In this document: in pieces, positions 24,660-37,903 of the stretch | How positions within the stretch are numbered: the first letter of the stretch is position 1 | Layout: every line of letters starts with the position of its first letter | Assembly: GCF_018350175.1 (NCBI RefSeq) | Contig: NC_058368.1 | Location: 19,346,001 to 19,410,000, forward strand | Length of the DNA: 64,000 bases | Direction: 5' to 3' | DNA from: Felis catus | Taxonomy: Eukaryota | Made by a program: the position numbers and the translations under genes | Notes under the pieces: model-generated | The model's database searches: none | What the model was told of the DNA's origin: nothing | The model's input: only the letters and a program-made list of their open reading frames with translations

Positions 24660-26849
24660 GTTTGTACAAGAGGTGCGTTAAGGATCATGGTTGACACTTT
24701 CTCTGTGGATATCCAGTTGTCCCTGTACGTACCTGTATTATTTGGAAAGATTATCCTTCTCTTCCATTGAGTTGTCTTGGAAACTGCAGAAAATCAAGTG
24801 ACCATAGAGGTCTAAGTATATCTCTGGCATCTCTATTGAATGCCATTGATTTCTTTGTCTTTACACCAATGCCAGCTACACCGTCTTGGTTACTGTGGCT
24901 TTATAATACATTTTGAAATCAGGTAGTGTTAGTCCTCCGACTTTGTTCTGTTTCAAAACTGGTTTGCCTCTCTAGATCCTTTGCATTTCCATTTAACTTT
25001 CACAATCTGTGGATTTCTATAGAAAAATCTTCTAGGGTTTTTATTGGGATGGGATTGGATAGATCAACTTGGAGAGAATGGATATCTCAGCAACATAGGG
25101 TCTTGTGATGTGAAAACATCTTATCTGTCTCCATTTATTTAGGGTTTCTTTAATTTCTCTCAGCAATATTTTGTACTTGTCTGCAGAATGCTTTTGCCAG
25201 AACTTCCTAGCTTCTGAATCCAATGGTTCCTTTCAGTCTCAATCCTACTAGACCTCATCAGTGCCCAACGCTGGACTATTACCTCTTTCTTTAGCCACCT
25301 TCCTCCTTGGACTTTGTGTCCTAGCCCTGCCTTTGTCTTCCTTCTATCCTTTGGATGGTCCTATCCTGTTCTCCCATAGGGGTTCTCCTTGTTCCACAGG
25401 AGGGTGGTCAGAGATACTCCAGGTGGCTGCAGTTAAATGGTCAGCTGTGTTGTTGAAAAATTGTTCTGAAACGACTTCTTCTCTTGGATCTTTTTAGAGA
25501 ATGGTCTGCCTTTCCCCCAACTATTGTAGGATGATGATATTTTTAGAAAAGTGTCTTTAAAGAGATACCACTCTTGGAGTGGGTAAGTCTGGAGACTGTG
25601 GGGAAAGTGCCATGTTGGAAAACCTAGCAGTTTTGCAGGATTTCCAACCCGCCATCTCAGCCTCTTGAGCTCTTCAGGGTTTTGTTTGGGTCACTATTTT
25701 TAACCATGCCCCCCACACATACACACACACTTTAGTTTACATAACATAAAATTACCATTTTAAAGGGAACAGCTCAGTGATCTCTCCCTATTCCCCCCTA
25801 CCCCTACCCCCTGGCAACCACCAATCTGTCTCATTTCTCTATGAATTTATCTATTATGGATATTTCATATGGAATCATACCATATATGTGACCTTTTGCA
25901 GCTGGTTTTCACTTAGCATAATGGTTTAAAGGTTCTTGAGTCACTCTTTTTACTGTTGTATTTTGTTAAACTGTTCTCTGTCACTTAATCCCTGGCTACC
26001 CAGCCTGTCCCATGAAACCTTAGTACATAACTGACAATATTAACAGTAATATACAGACAACAGTAATGTCTGAGGGATGGTGATGCGTGCTGTTTGGCTG
26101 TTAGTTCTTCCAGAACTGGCCTCAAGTGCAGGCAAAGTTACACAATGTTACACTTAACATTTCATCAAGAAAAAGCAGCAACAGAATATAACATCCCAAA
26201 CTTCATTAGCAAGATGCTACCATATGATGCTTTCAGAAAAAAAAGCAGAGAAAGACGGCAAGAACTGGCAGTTGAGAGCCAGCCCGGGAGCCTCTCAGAC
26301 CCGCGCCAGGGATACAAAAATTGTATCCTCCAGTCTCTGTCTCCAGGCTTAAAACCCGGCTGGAACAGCTACGTAGAGTGGCACCTTCTGTGGGCCTGCC
26401 AGCTCTACTACTTAGCTAAAGTGTCTCCTGTGCGCCACTTTCGTGACGATCGGAACGAGCCATCCTGCATTGTAGTCAGGGCATACATGAACCTTCAGGG
26501 GTCCTGGAACACGGATCCGGAGGGAAGTCATTGCAGGAGCTTTATAAACAGGATGGACTGCCAGAGGAGTCCATGTTGTCAGCGGTCCTACAATCCCACT
26601 TCCCAGTCGTCCTATGGCAACGAAGTAATGTTTGTGAAAGGGAAATACACATGCTTTTGTACAGCAGTAGGTGCTTACAGCCTCCTCAGCAAACACGCCC
26701 TGGTTTAATAAGCGCAGCCTATAGACAATTTTCTAGTCTGCCTTCCTCCATGCACTATGGGCGTCCAAAGACAAGTCCCATCTGCCACACAGCAAGGACT
26801 TTGCAGGCCCACCCCCCCAGGTCGCAAGTCAAACACGGAAACAGCTGAT

Positions 26850-27620
26850 CAGGTTTGCCAGCCCGGGGACTCAGCTGGGCAGCTCTAACTGAACCCAGCT
26901 GAGGCAAGACCCGCCCCAGCAACCGCGGCCCAGGCTCCGCCCCCTGCGCCCATTGGTTCATTCAATTCACGCCGCGCCTCCAGCAGCGGGGCAGGCGGCG
27001 TGCTCAGTTTGCCGCTGCCTTGGCTTGAGCAGTGCGGGACTGTCAGGGCCGAGACGCGTCCTCCGCCCGCAGCAGCCATGAGCACCCCAGCAGTGCCCCG
27101 GGAGCTACAACTGCCCCCGAGCCAGAGGGCCCAGCCCGAGTTCAGAGGTGAGGGCCGCGGTGGCGGGAGCGGCGCGACCCGCAGGAGCCCGGGTTTGTCC
27201 GAGAGGGTGGGGACGCGGACGACCGTGGGGGAGGGGGGTGGCTCGGACTCAGCGGCCGAGGCCTCGGGTTCCCCGGCTTCAGTCCTGACCAGTTGTGTGA
27301 GAAGCCTGGACAGATCGCTCGGCCTCTCGCAGCCGCATCCTCGGCATTTTCGAAATGGACAGACCAGAGCGGTTCCCGGTCCGTGGTGTCACTGTGCGGG
27401 CTAAGCGCCTCCCGTGCGGTCGTTACTGGCCGGGCGTCACCCACTGGCGGCGAGGATGGGCCTGCAGTGAAGACGTCCGTTTAGTGAGGGAGCGTGCGTG
27501 ACACTCCAGCCGGCCCCTGCGTTCGGGACGCGGGACCCGCGGGGGCGGGGCCGCGCCCGGACCGAGAGCCCACTGCGCTTGCGCAGGTCTCTCCCTCTTC
27601 CTGAGCGCGAGTATTTGGAG
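26850..27620. promoter_or_regulatory. CpG island / CKAP2 promoter with GC boxes, an inverted CCAAT box and a CHR-like element
   Basis: CCGCCC at ~26911 and ~26937; ATTGG at 26952-26956; TTCAAT at 26961-26966 followed by CACGCCGCGCC; CpG-rich through exon 1. Confidence 0.75.
27078..27147 (+). CDS. CKAP2: CKAP2 coding exon 1
   Basis: GCAGCCATGA start; MSTPAVPRELQLPPSQRAQPEFR + 1 nt; donor AGAG|GTGAGG. Confidence 0.94.
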
Positions 27621-28091
27621 AGGTGGGGCTGCCTCATCGGATGCTTGAAATTAGAGACAATCAATCGACTTTGTGTAAATACAGGGTTGGCTGGGTCTTC
27701 AGAAATAATGTTAATTCTTTGTCCTCCACATGGGAAAGTAGAGGAAAGAAACTCTCACCCAACCCAGTACTGGTAAATTAGAGCTTAGAGTCTGGTGTCT
27801 CTTATCTGCTATTTAGTTTCTTAAAGCTTGGCTTTCAGTAACCGTGTATTGAAAATAATGTTCTCCAGATTTTTCACTTAAAGACAGAGGAAAAGGTGAT
27901 TCTTGTGCAGTAGTTGTGGGCACCATTTACGGTAACAATTTCTTAGAAATGGGATTATGTCTGAATTGAGAAATTTTCTGTTGTATACAAGATGTGATCT
28001 CTAGTAGAACATTTTTTGAAGATCTGCATTTAGTGAATATTTGATGTTATCGTTGTAACCAATGTTGACTTGTCGCCTTTTTGTTATTTAG

Positions 28092-28173
28092 AACAAAGAA
28101 GACAGAAACTCAAGGAACATATGTTAAAAAGAAAAACGTTTTTTGCATACAAGGAGGAAAATCACATATCCAG
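28092..28173 (+). CDS. CKAP2: CKAP2 exon 2
   Basis: tttag|AACAAAGAAGA...TCCAG|gtgag; (E)QRRQKLKEHMLKRKTFFAYKEENHIS. Confidence 0.93.
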
Positions 28174-28208
28174 GTGAGGTCAAATTTTCTGATTTCAGGT
28201 CTAAAATT

Positions 28209-28485
28209 AGAGCTGTCCAATAAAAATGTAATGGGAGCCACAATTGTACTGTAATTTACAATTTTTTAGTAGCCACATTTTTTAAAGGTGAATTCTAATA
28301 ACATTTAATCCAATATATCCCATGTTATAATTCCAACATGTAATTCTTAAAAGGTATCAAGATATTTTGCATTCCTTTTTGGTAGTGAGTTTTCAAAGTC
28401 TGGTGTGTATTTTACACTTTCACAAGTCAGTTTGGACTAGCCACTTTTCAAGTGCTCAGTAGCCATACCTTCTTGGATAGCACAG
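28209..28485. mobile_element. MER33-like hAT-Charlie MITE
   Basis: GCTGTCCAATA...TAGTAGCCACATT...GGACTAGCCAC...TGGATAGCACAG. Confidence 0.7.
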
Positions 28486-29219
28486 CATTAGGTCATCGCT
28501 TCCCGTGTAAATTAATTCACACTCTATGATGAAACAATTTTAAAGCAAAGTGTTTGTATATATCAAAATACTGACTGTGGTTTATACAGTGCTACAAAGG
28601 TCGGTCTTTCTTAATTTAGCAAAGTTTTTACTGTGTATGTGTCAGAGAGAGAGCATTCCCCCCAAATATTTGAAGAGCATTCATTATATTCTCAGTTCTC
28701 CATAGAAATATCTTGGTGTTATTTTGTTAAAATTTTAAAAATAGTACATGGTTGTGGCTAAAACAAAAACCCGTGAAAGTATATAAAGCAGAAAATCAAA
28801 AGGTCCCCTCCAGAGAGAACTGCCGGTAACATCCTTTAGGCTCTTTCTGTGCAATCTAAGAGCATTGACTTTAGAGTGATGAGGACTGGAATCTGTAAGT
28901 CTGCCACTACAACTTTGTAACCTCTGGAGAGTTACCTGGCCTCTTTGAGTCTGTTTACTTTATTAAAATGGGATAGTAATATGTGTTTCTTGGGGATTAA
29001 TTGAGCTAGTAAATGCACCGTACTATGCCTGGTATATAGCGAGAGTGCAATAAGTGATGGCTATTATTTCATGATCTCTCAGTGGCTTTCCACACGGAGG
29101 ATTGGTTCATGAGTTATTCTACTCTCCTGATTTCTCTAGTTTCTTCCAACAGTTATTGATATATTTTGTCTCTGTGAATGCTTCATACCCTTCCTCATGG
29201 TTGAGTGGTCCGATTGTGT

Positions 29220-30497
29220 TTATATTTAGGAGGTAGAGATGACAGGACTTGGTGATGGAAGGGTATGAGATGTGAAAGAAAGAAAGGAGTTTAAGATGAC
29301 TCTGAATGTTCCAGATTAAGAGATACCATTCAATCCAATACCTGACCCTTGTACCCTATTGTGAAAGGGGAAATGTTATAAAGGACATTATTATGTCAGT
29401 TTTCAGCTAGAATATAAATAGTAGATTAAGGGGTATATCAAATTGAATTTATTAACTTGATAACCGTGTTACAGTTATGTAAGAGAAAAATCACCACTTG
29501 TAGGAAATGAACATTAAAGCATTTAGGGGTAAAGAGCAATCGTGTATATATCTTAACTTGAAAGGTTCAGTTAGAAAACATTGTATATATTCCACACATA
29601 CACATGTTCAGAAACAGTGCAAATTATAATACATATGGCATAAAAGGTTGTCACTAAACAAATCTGGGAAAACAGTATACGGATATTCTTTGAACTATTT
29701 ATAATTTTGCAAGTTGATGTAAGTTTGGCATTAATTCCAAATTTTTAATAATCTTTTTAATTTTACATTAGTGTTACTTTACTTTAAATGTTTTACGTTT
29801 ACATGTAAATGGTTATACATTTTCTTTCACAAATTCCTCGTTTCTTCATTTAAGACAAAAAGATGATCCTAGATTTTTTATTTGAATAACTGAGTGGCTA
29901 GTGATACCATATATCGAGATGGGGAAGACTAAGGGAGGAATGGGGTAATCAGGAGCTCTGTTTTGGCCATGCTAAATCTGAGGCACCAACAAGACATCCA
30001 AGTGGAAAAGCCAAAGAGTTGCACATCTGAAGGGCTGGCTTGAGATTGGGATCAGAGATATAAACATGGGAATTGCCAGTTGGTAGGTGATACTTATTTA
30101 AAACCTTGAGGGGGAATAAGATTACTAGAGAGTAAGCAAAGAGAATATCAACTCAAGTAAGACAGAGCATGACTCTCAACTACTAACTTAAATAAGGAAT
30201 CTAACTGGGTCGTGGGGTTTATAATACTCTTATACACAATGGGAAGAAAAGAAAATTCTGAAATTCTTCTGGCTTTACAAGAAATCTCACAAGTACTATA
30301 TTTATTCCTTTCAGAAAACAGATGTCAATTTAAATATTATTACTTGAGCAACAAATTGTTAAATAGCCAATCAGAGTTGCAGCTTTTCAAAATTAAATCA
30401 TTCTATTTTACAATCTCTAGCGTGGGTACTTTAAGATTCCTATGTTTAGATAATGCTTGTGAGGACAATTTTATCATCACAAGGTAGAATAGCATTT

Positions 30498-30528
<31 letters not shown>

Positions 30529-31330
30529 ATATATTCAGATGTATTTTCATATAACTCCATACTGGATGGGTGAATAAGGTGGATTCTCCTTATCCTGATG
30601 TGTTGTGTTTTTTTTAGCTAGCAGTTAAAAAGGCCAGCAATTTCAAGACCGAGCGCTAGGATTCTGTTAGCACAGACAGAAAAAGAGGAGTCCCTGAGAA
30701 GTAGAAAACTAAAATAAAAAGGCAAAAGAAAAGTTTAAAATTTGAATGCAGCTTTGAGCCCCAGCGAGGTCAGGAAGAAGAGAGACAGACTTGAAAGAAG
30801 CAGACCACCGAGGTAGGAGGAAAAGGAGGAGTTGGTGATCCGGCAGCAGAGTGAAGAGAGTGTTGAAAGAAAGAATGACTACCCGTCAGGTGCTGTTGAA
30901 AGGGGCAGTAAGGTGAAAGCAGAATTGATCCCTGAGTTGTAGAAAGACAGAAGGAGATGACACTAGGAGCCTCCAGGAGAGTGGTGAGGGCACATTCCCA
31001 ATGGATATGGGCTGGGGAGAGAATGTAATACGACAACATGGGGACAGTGTGTTTAGATACATAATTTTGAGGAGTTTTGCTACAAAGCTGAAAGGGAATG
31101 TGGGGTTTAAGGCTTTTAAGATGAGATAATATATAGTGTTTATATGCGGATGGGAATGATGTAGCAGAGGGGTAATTAATGATGCAGAAGAATGCATAAA
31201 TAATAAGAACAAAGATCCTCAGTGCTCAAGCGAGAGAGCACAAATGGAGAGTTTGCCCATGGGTCAGCATGGTGTCAGTTTATCTGCCAAGGAAGGCAGA
31301 ATATATGGGTACAGAGGCACATAGGCTGGC
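29220..31330 (-). mobile_element. Fragmented L2 remnants (with intervening old L1-like sequence) in CKAP2 intron 2
   Basis: L2-like segments at ~29220-29330, 29860-30140 and 30780-31330. Confidence 0.5.
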
Positions 31331-31638
31331 AGTCTTTGGTGGGGGAAAGAAGGGCTATTTCTTGTTAAGATTGCTTCTGATGTTCTCCATGAGATAACAT
31401 CACAGTATACCGTAAGCCCAGAAGTAATTGGGGGTCTGATTAGTTAAGGTACCACATTGGGAGCACCTGACAGACTGACCGTGAGCATCATCTCCCACCC
31501 CGCACCGGACTACAGGCCAGTGAATAACAAGAGGAGTATTTACCATCAGGCAGTGAATGCAGGGCTTTAAACTGGGGAGACATTGCTCTGTTCACTGATG
31601 CATCTTGACTCTGCCATCATTCAAAATGTGTAGTACAA

Positions 31639-32008
31639 ATGGAGTATTACTCGACAATCAAAAAGAATGAAATCTTGCCATTTGCAACTACTGGAGGGAT
31701 GGATGGAACTGGAGGGTGTTATGCTAAATGAAATTAGTCAGAGAAAGACAAATACATGACTTCACTCATATGAGGAATTTAAGATACAAAACAGATGAAC
31801 ATAAGGGAAGGGAAGTAAAAATAATATAAAAACAGGGAGGGGGACAAAACATAAAAGACTTAAATATAGAGAACAAACAGAGGGTTGCTGGAGGGGACGT
31901 GGGGGGGGTGGTCTAAATGGGTAAGGGGCATTAAGGAATCTACTCCTGAAATCATTGTTGTACCATATGCGAACTAACTTGGATGTAAATTAAATAATAA
32001 ATTTTTTT
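31639..32008 (+). mobile_element. Short L1 3'-end insertion
   Basis: AATGAAATCTTGCCATTTGCAAC 3' region; perfect TSD AAAATGTGTAGTACAA at 31623-31638 and 32009-32024. Confidence 0.9.
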
Positions 32009-32449
32009 AAAATGTGTAGTACAAGCTATGTCAAAGTTCTGCCGCTTGTCCGAGCAGACTAAGCAAAAAGATGCGAGAGGCATCGTAACCCAAATTATCA
32101 ACTACAGGGATAACAAGCTTTGTTGATTCTAAAATGTACCCTTTTTTTACATTTTAGCATCTCTGAACTTAGAATCAATGGGATGTCTAATTGATCCTCT
32201 TTTGTCTTTTCTTTATGGAATGCAAATTGTTAAATGACTTGCTAAGAGAATCTCATGGCCTGTACTAACCAGTCTGTATCTGTTAAAAGGAGTGTAGGTC
32301 AAATTCTTGAGGAAGTATTTGTTTTAGATACATATTCTAAATGCATTGCCATCTAGAAACTGAAGTCCATATTTATAATGAATTGGGTTGTGTGTATATG
32401 GAAAATTTTGGATTTCTTTTGGGAGGGCTATTTTTTTTCTTTCTCTTTT

Positions 32450-32649
32450 TCTTCTTTTTAATCAAAGTATAATTGACATATTAGTTTTAGGTATACATCA
32501 TAGTGATTTGACAGTTGAATACATTAAATGCTTACCATGGAAAGTGTAGTTACTTTCTGTCACCATAAAAAGTTACTATAATATTATTGACTGTATTTCC
32601 TATACTCTACTTTTCATTCCAGTGACTTATTTACTTTATACCTATTTTC

Positions 32650-32697
<48 letters not shown>

Positions 32698-34075
32698 TTA
32701 TTTACCCTTTGCCTATTTTCATCCATCTCCCACCACCCTCCTCTTAGGCAGTCTGTATTTGAGTCTGTTTCATTTTTTTGTTTGTTGTTTGTTTTTGTTT
32801 TGTATTTGTAGATTCCACATCTAAGTGAAATCGTATGGTATTTGTCTTTCTCCAACTGCCTTATTTCACTTGGCAGAATACCCTCAAGGTCTATCCATTG
32901 TGTCACAAATGGCAAGATTTTCTTTTCTTTTCTTTTTAAATATTTATTTATTTTTGAGAGAGAGAGACAGAGAGTGTGTGTGTGGGGGGGGGGTCAGAGA
33001 GAGAGAGAAAGAGAGGGAGACACAGAATCTGAAGCAGGCTCCAGTCCCTGAACTGTCAGCACAGAGCCCGACATGGGGCTCAAACTCACAAACTGCGAGA
33101 TTATGACCTGAGCTGAACTTGGATGCTTAACTGACTGAGCCACCCAGGTACCCCAATATTTTCTTTTTTATGGCTGAGTAATATTCCAGTGTATATATAT
33201 ATATGCCACATCTTCCTTGTCCATTCATTTATTGATGGACACTTAGGTTGCTTCTATATCAGGGATATTGTGAATAATGCTGCAGTAAACCCCGGGGGTG
33301 CATGTATCTTTTTGAACTAGTGTTTTCATATACTCTTCAGGTAAATACCCAGAAGTAGAATTACTGGATCATCTGGTATTTCTATTTATGAATTTTTTGA
33401 GGAAATTTCATGCTGTTTTCCATTGGCTGCACCAATTTATATTTTTATTGCACAAGGTCTCCCTTTTTTCCACATCCTTTCCAACACTTGTTATCTTTTG
33501 TCTTCTTGTTAGTAGCCGTTCTGACAGGTGTGAAGTATTATCTCATTGTGGTTTTGATTTGCATTTCCCTGATGACGAGTGATGTTGAGCACCTTTTCGT
33601 GGGCTTGTTGACCATCTGAATGTTTTTGGAAAAATGTCTGCTTGGGTCCTCTGTGCATTTTTTAATTGAGTTGTCTTCATGTTGAGCTGTAGGAGTTCTT
33701 TATAAATTTTGGAAATTAACCCCTGATTTATCAGATACATCCCATGTAAATAACTTCTCTCAGTGGATTGTCTTTTTGTTTTGTTGATGGTTTGATATTG
33801 TGCAGAGGCTTTTAGTTGGATGAACTTTCCATTATTTTTACTTTTGTTTCCCTTGCCTGAGGGGACACAATACATCCCACAAAATATGGTTAAGGCCGGT
33901 GTCCAGGAGTTTCCTACCTCTGTTTCCTTTCAGGAGCTTTATGGTTTCAGGTCTCACGTTTAGGTCTTTAATGCATTTTGAGTTCATCTTTGTGTATGGT
34001 GTAAGAAAGTGGTCTAGTTTCATTCTTTTGCATGTGGCTTCCCAGTTTTCCCAGCACCATTTATTTGAAGAGGGG
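32450..34075 (-). mobile_element. L1 3' fragment with a (TA)n tract and a nested SINE (~32935-33155)
   Basis: [16 protein letters not shown] and MPFVTQWIDLEGI motifs on the minus strand. Confidence 0.88.
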
Positions 34076-34478
34076 CTATTTTTAATTTTTTTTCAATGTA
34101 AATCTGTTACTAAGTACTGAAAACTAACCAAAGGAAGTGTTGCTTAATAAAGGTTTTGAGGATTTGTTTGAGTGACTAAGAAGAATGGTTTGGAATGAGG
34201 TTATCAAATGTGTTTACCTATTCTGTATGGAGAGGGTGTTAAGACTTTTAAGAAAATATCTAAATTCTCCAGCCATCTTGTTTATACTATTAAGTCACCC
34301 TATAATAAAGAAAGAAGAGTTTTGCTTCATAAATAAATCTCAGCTCAGTTCTTGCCTTAATTTAAAATTACAAAGTCAGATGATTGTTAATATCCTCCCA
34401 TTCCTCCTGCCAAAGACAAAACTCACTTGGTCTGTGGTTAAACTTTTTTTCCTTTTTTTTTTTTTTTTTTTTTTAAAG

Positions 34479-34557
34479 TAGTAGAGACCAGAAAGTGATG
34501 ACCTCTGAGGGCCAGGTCCATGAAGAGACAAAAGTTCTGAAATTTAAAACAAAAATG
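34479..34557 (+). CDS. CKAP2: CKAP2 exon 3 (tandem acceptors at 34479, 34482 and 34485)
   Basis: Long poly-T tract then aag|TAG|TAG|AGAC; SRDQKVMTSEGQVHEETKVLKFKTKM|gtaag. Confidence 0.9.
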
Positions 34558-34668
34558 GTAAGATACGGACATAGCCCTCATAAACTGTCCCTTTTTCCCC
34601 TTTCCCTTTCCTAAACTCTTAAAGAGATGAATTCTGAAATACCAATTTGTCATAAATCACTCTTCTAG

Positions 34669-35531
34669 GCTGGTAAAGAAAATGTCAGTAGACCTCCCGG
34701 GAGCAAAAATAATGTAACAATGGAAAAAAATTGTATTCCTCTAAGGCCTTCTAATGAACTAACCAATTCAACTATAGCAATTGATACACCTAATTCTGAG
34801 GATAATAATCAAACTGGGCAGTTGGTACCAATTAAAGGTGACCCTCCAGGTCAACACATGACATTAAGCCAAGTGTTTCATCTTAAAAACAACAATAAAA
34901 AGAAACAAATAATGACAGAAAAACCAAAGCAAGATGCTAACATATCCAAGAAGCTTGTGCTTGGATCTTACCGTGGCCAAATTGTTCAGTCTAAGATTAA
35001 TTCATTTAGAAAGCCTCTACAAATCAGAGATGAGAGTTCTGCAGCAATAAAGAAACTTTCGACTGCAGTCCCTAAAGCTACAGAGCCTCTGCGCACAAAC
35101 AGCAGCAGTGTGACAGCGAAAAGCGATAGAGCTTCTAACGTGACGACTACCACTAAACTTGTGAGCACTACAATTCAGAACAGACAGCTTCTGCGACCTC
35201 CTATTAGAAGTCACCGCGACAATGCTCAGGACGCTGTGAGACCAGGCATCGGTAGAAGCTCGGCCAATGTTATGATGCGGAAAGGACCTCGGGAGAAAGA
35301 GTTAGTGCAATTAAACACAGTTTCATCTAGTGCCAAAACCGGTTCTCAGGATATAGAAAGAAAGAAGACACTAACAAGAAGCGTGAAGTCTGAAATTGTA
35401 GCCAGGCCTGTTTTGTCTTCTAACACCAAACTGATAGAAAAGTCGAAAAACGTTGACCCTCGCAGACATACAATAGCAAAAGCAACTATTGATAGATCAG
35501 CTCAGCCCAAAGAAACAGCAGAAGAGAGAAA
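34669..35531 (+). CDS. CKAP2: CKAP2 exon 4
   Basis: ttctag|GCTGGTAAAGAAAAT (AGKEN)...GAGAGAAA|gtaagt; overlaps the 271-aa ORF 34720-35535. Confidence 0.96.
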
Positions 35532-35981
35532 GTAAGTAAATGTAATTTTATTAGCTTAATTTTCAGCAGAGTAGCTCTTGTGGTTTGGCTTATCATCTCC
35601 TTGAATGTATTAGAATTTGTGTGCAAGTGTAGATTCTCTTCTGTCGTGTGCAAATTTAAGCAAATTTATGTTGTGGAACAGTATGACCTAAGTTCTTGTG
35701 CTTGAGTGTCTTTCATTAGGTCTGATGTAATCTAAGTTATAATGCTTAATACAATTGGGAAATATTTTATAACCTCTCCATTTAAAAATGCGTTCTTAGG
35801 GTCTTTGAGCAGATAATTAACATTGATATGTTCAATATTTCTCTTTCTTTGAACTTGTGAACTTATGTATGTGCCACTAGCATGGAGCTACTTCAAGACC
35901 TGAGTTATTTTTTAACTTCTCCTCTGAGAGAATTCTATCATCAATATCACGGTAATGCTTGTATCCTGCTTCTAACTGTAG

Positions 35982-36186
35982 AGCTCGTCTGAGTGAGTGG
36001 AAAGCTGGCAAAAGGAAAGTCCTGAAAAGGCCTCCTAGCTCAGGAGTTACCCAGCCTGAGCCTGAAGGGCAACACGAAAACCCAGTTGGGTCCTTTTGGA
36101 CTACCATGGTAGAAGAAGATGAACAAAGATTATTTACCGAAAAAGTGAACAAGACATTTTCTGAATGCCTAAACCTAATTAGTGAG
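35982..36186 (+). CDS. CKAP2: CKAP2 exon 5
   Basis: tgtag|AGCTCGT...; ARLSEWKAGKRKVLKRPP...FSECLNLISE|gtac. Confidence 0.95.
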
Positions 36187-37427
36187 GTACAGTCCTTATA
36201 TTCGTATAGTAGTTTATAGTTTGTAAATTATCTTACAAATGTTATCTCACTAAATTACCTTGTCACTCTTTGCCCATGTAATGTGTTGGTGGTGTTATGT
36301 AGATTTAATGTTAATTATGAGATTGTTTATCTTTAGCCTTTAATGGACTGCATTTTCATTGAGTTCATATAAATAGATCAAAGGGATAATTAGGTTTTTA
36401 CTGGATTTTTTTTTTTAACTTATAAATATTATGTTTCTGTAAGATGTTAATATAAAATGGGCTGAGGGTGGATATTCACTCTGATACTTCTGTTTTTTTC
36501 CATTCCTTCAGCATGTTTTCATATTATTTTTTCCACTCATTACATATTTTGCCAAAGACTAGCTACATAAATTAGTCATTATCTCACATGAAATTCAAGT
36601 TAGCTAAAATATTTCAAACAAAATTCCATTAATCTAAACCAACATCATCATGGTCTTGAACTTATTGTAGAGTTTCACTATTTGGACCAAAATCCTACAG
36701 AGTATAATAACTCTAGAATGTTTCCTTTATTTCCTGAATACTTTTTAATCTTGCTTTGGTTTACCCACGGTGTCCAAGATCCACAGCAAGACTGAATCTA
36801 TGAGTATGATTTCAAACCTTACTCTGGTCTTCATGAGCATCTTTAGACGTTTTGTGATTCTGAGGACCAGTGAAAATTAGACTCAGAGTTTCCCTGATTA
36901 TATTCTTAATTCTGCTTAGCTGGGGTTTGTCATTGAAACTGTGGAGTTTTTCTGCCCTACTATCTGTGTATAGCACTTAAGTACATATACTGTAACAGAT
37001 TCATTTTAGCCTTAATATCAAGACCTGATAAAGACAATTTTTAAAACCAGAAGCTGTTCTCCCCCATAAACCTTTCGTAGATGCAAAAATTCCAACTCAA
37101 ATATGGAATGGAATCCCACAATATGTAAAAGGATAAGGATAAGGAAAAGGATCAAGACCATGTAGAGTGTTGGTCATTTTTGACTTAATGTTTTTCTCAA
37201 CTTATATTTCATTTTTTCCCTGCTTTGTATTCATGACTCATATGCTTCTTGTTAGCCATTCAGAATAAGTTTGGAGTAAGGAAGAGAACAGTGAATATTC
37301 TTATGAATAATTTTCTATCAGTTTTTTTCTCTCATTATCATTGATCTTGATTATAGATCAAGCTTACTTAATTGTTCATAGTTTGGAGGCTAAATGAGAT
37401 CACTCATTTCACTTCTTGCTGTTTTAG

Positions 37428-37598
37428 GGATGCCCAAAAGAAGAAATATTGGTCATACTGAATGACCTGATTAAAAATATTCCGGATGCCAAAAAGCTTG
37501 TTAAATATTGGATATGCCTTGCACGTATTGAACCACTCACAAGTCCTATTGAAAACATTATCACAATCTATGAGAAAGCCATTCTGGCGGGCGCTCAG
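37428..37598 (+). CDS. CKAP2: CKAP2 exon 6
   Basis: tttag|GGATGCCCA; GCPKEEILVILNDLIKNIPDAKKLVKYWICLARIEP...AILAGAQ|gtaag. Confidence 0.95.
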
Positions 37599-37903
37599 GT
37601 AAGATTAAAACTTAATAATCTTTGTTATTACAGTGTAAAAGATTCAGAGTTATTTTGGAGCACATTACAACATAACTTGATAAAAGTGTGGTTATATATG
37701 TAGTAGTAATGAATGTTTAAAGGCCACAATGATTGTATATTATAAAAACCGTTTCTTAACTTTCTAAAACTTGCTTGTGAACTAGTGATAATCGGACTTA
37801 GAAGATGAATATAAGCTGAAATGTAAATTTCGTGAAAAATGCTGTGAGAAATATTTTAGTACAACATGTCATTTTACACATTTCCTAGTTAAGACATCTG
37901 GGA

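Larger units (their letters stand above)
20775..25200 (-). mobile_element. Old L1 (L1M-type) acting as host for later insertions
   Basis: Antisense L1 3'UTR/ORF2 sequence in pieces at 20775-20877, 21765-22470, 23796-24137 and 24660-25200 (KYKILLREIKETLNKWR on the minus strand). Confidence 0.7.

Noticed and set aside
26094..26708. 204-aa ORF upstream of CKAP2
   Set aside because: TTG start, no recognisable domain or splice structure, and it partly overlaps degenerate LTR-like sequence; most likely a chance frame.
26769..26778. p53 response element (AGACAAGTCC)
   Set aside because: Only one consensus half-site, with no adjacent second decamer.
31448..31570. Short frame GTTLGAPDRLTVSIISHPAPDYRPVNNKRSIYHQAV, faintly like the Harbinger transposase GAIDG...NRK...QAV segment
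   Set aside because: Only scattered residues match, with no TIRs or extension; it would need a significant HMM hit (DDE_Tnp_4) to be credible.
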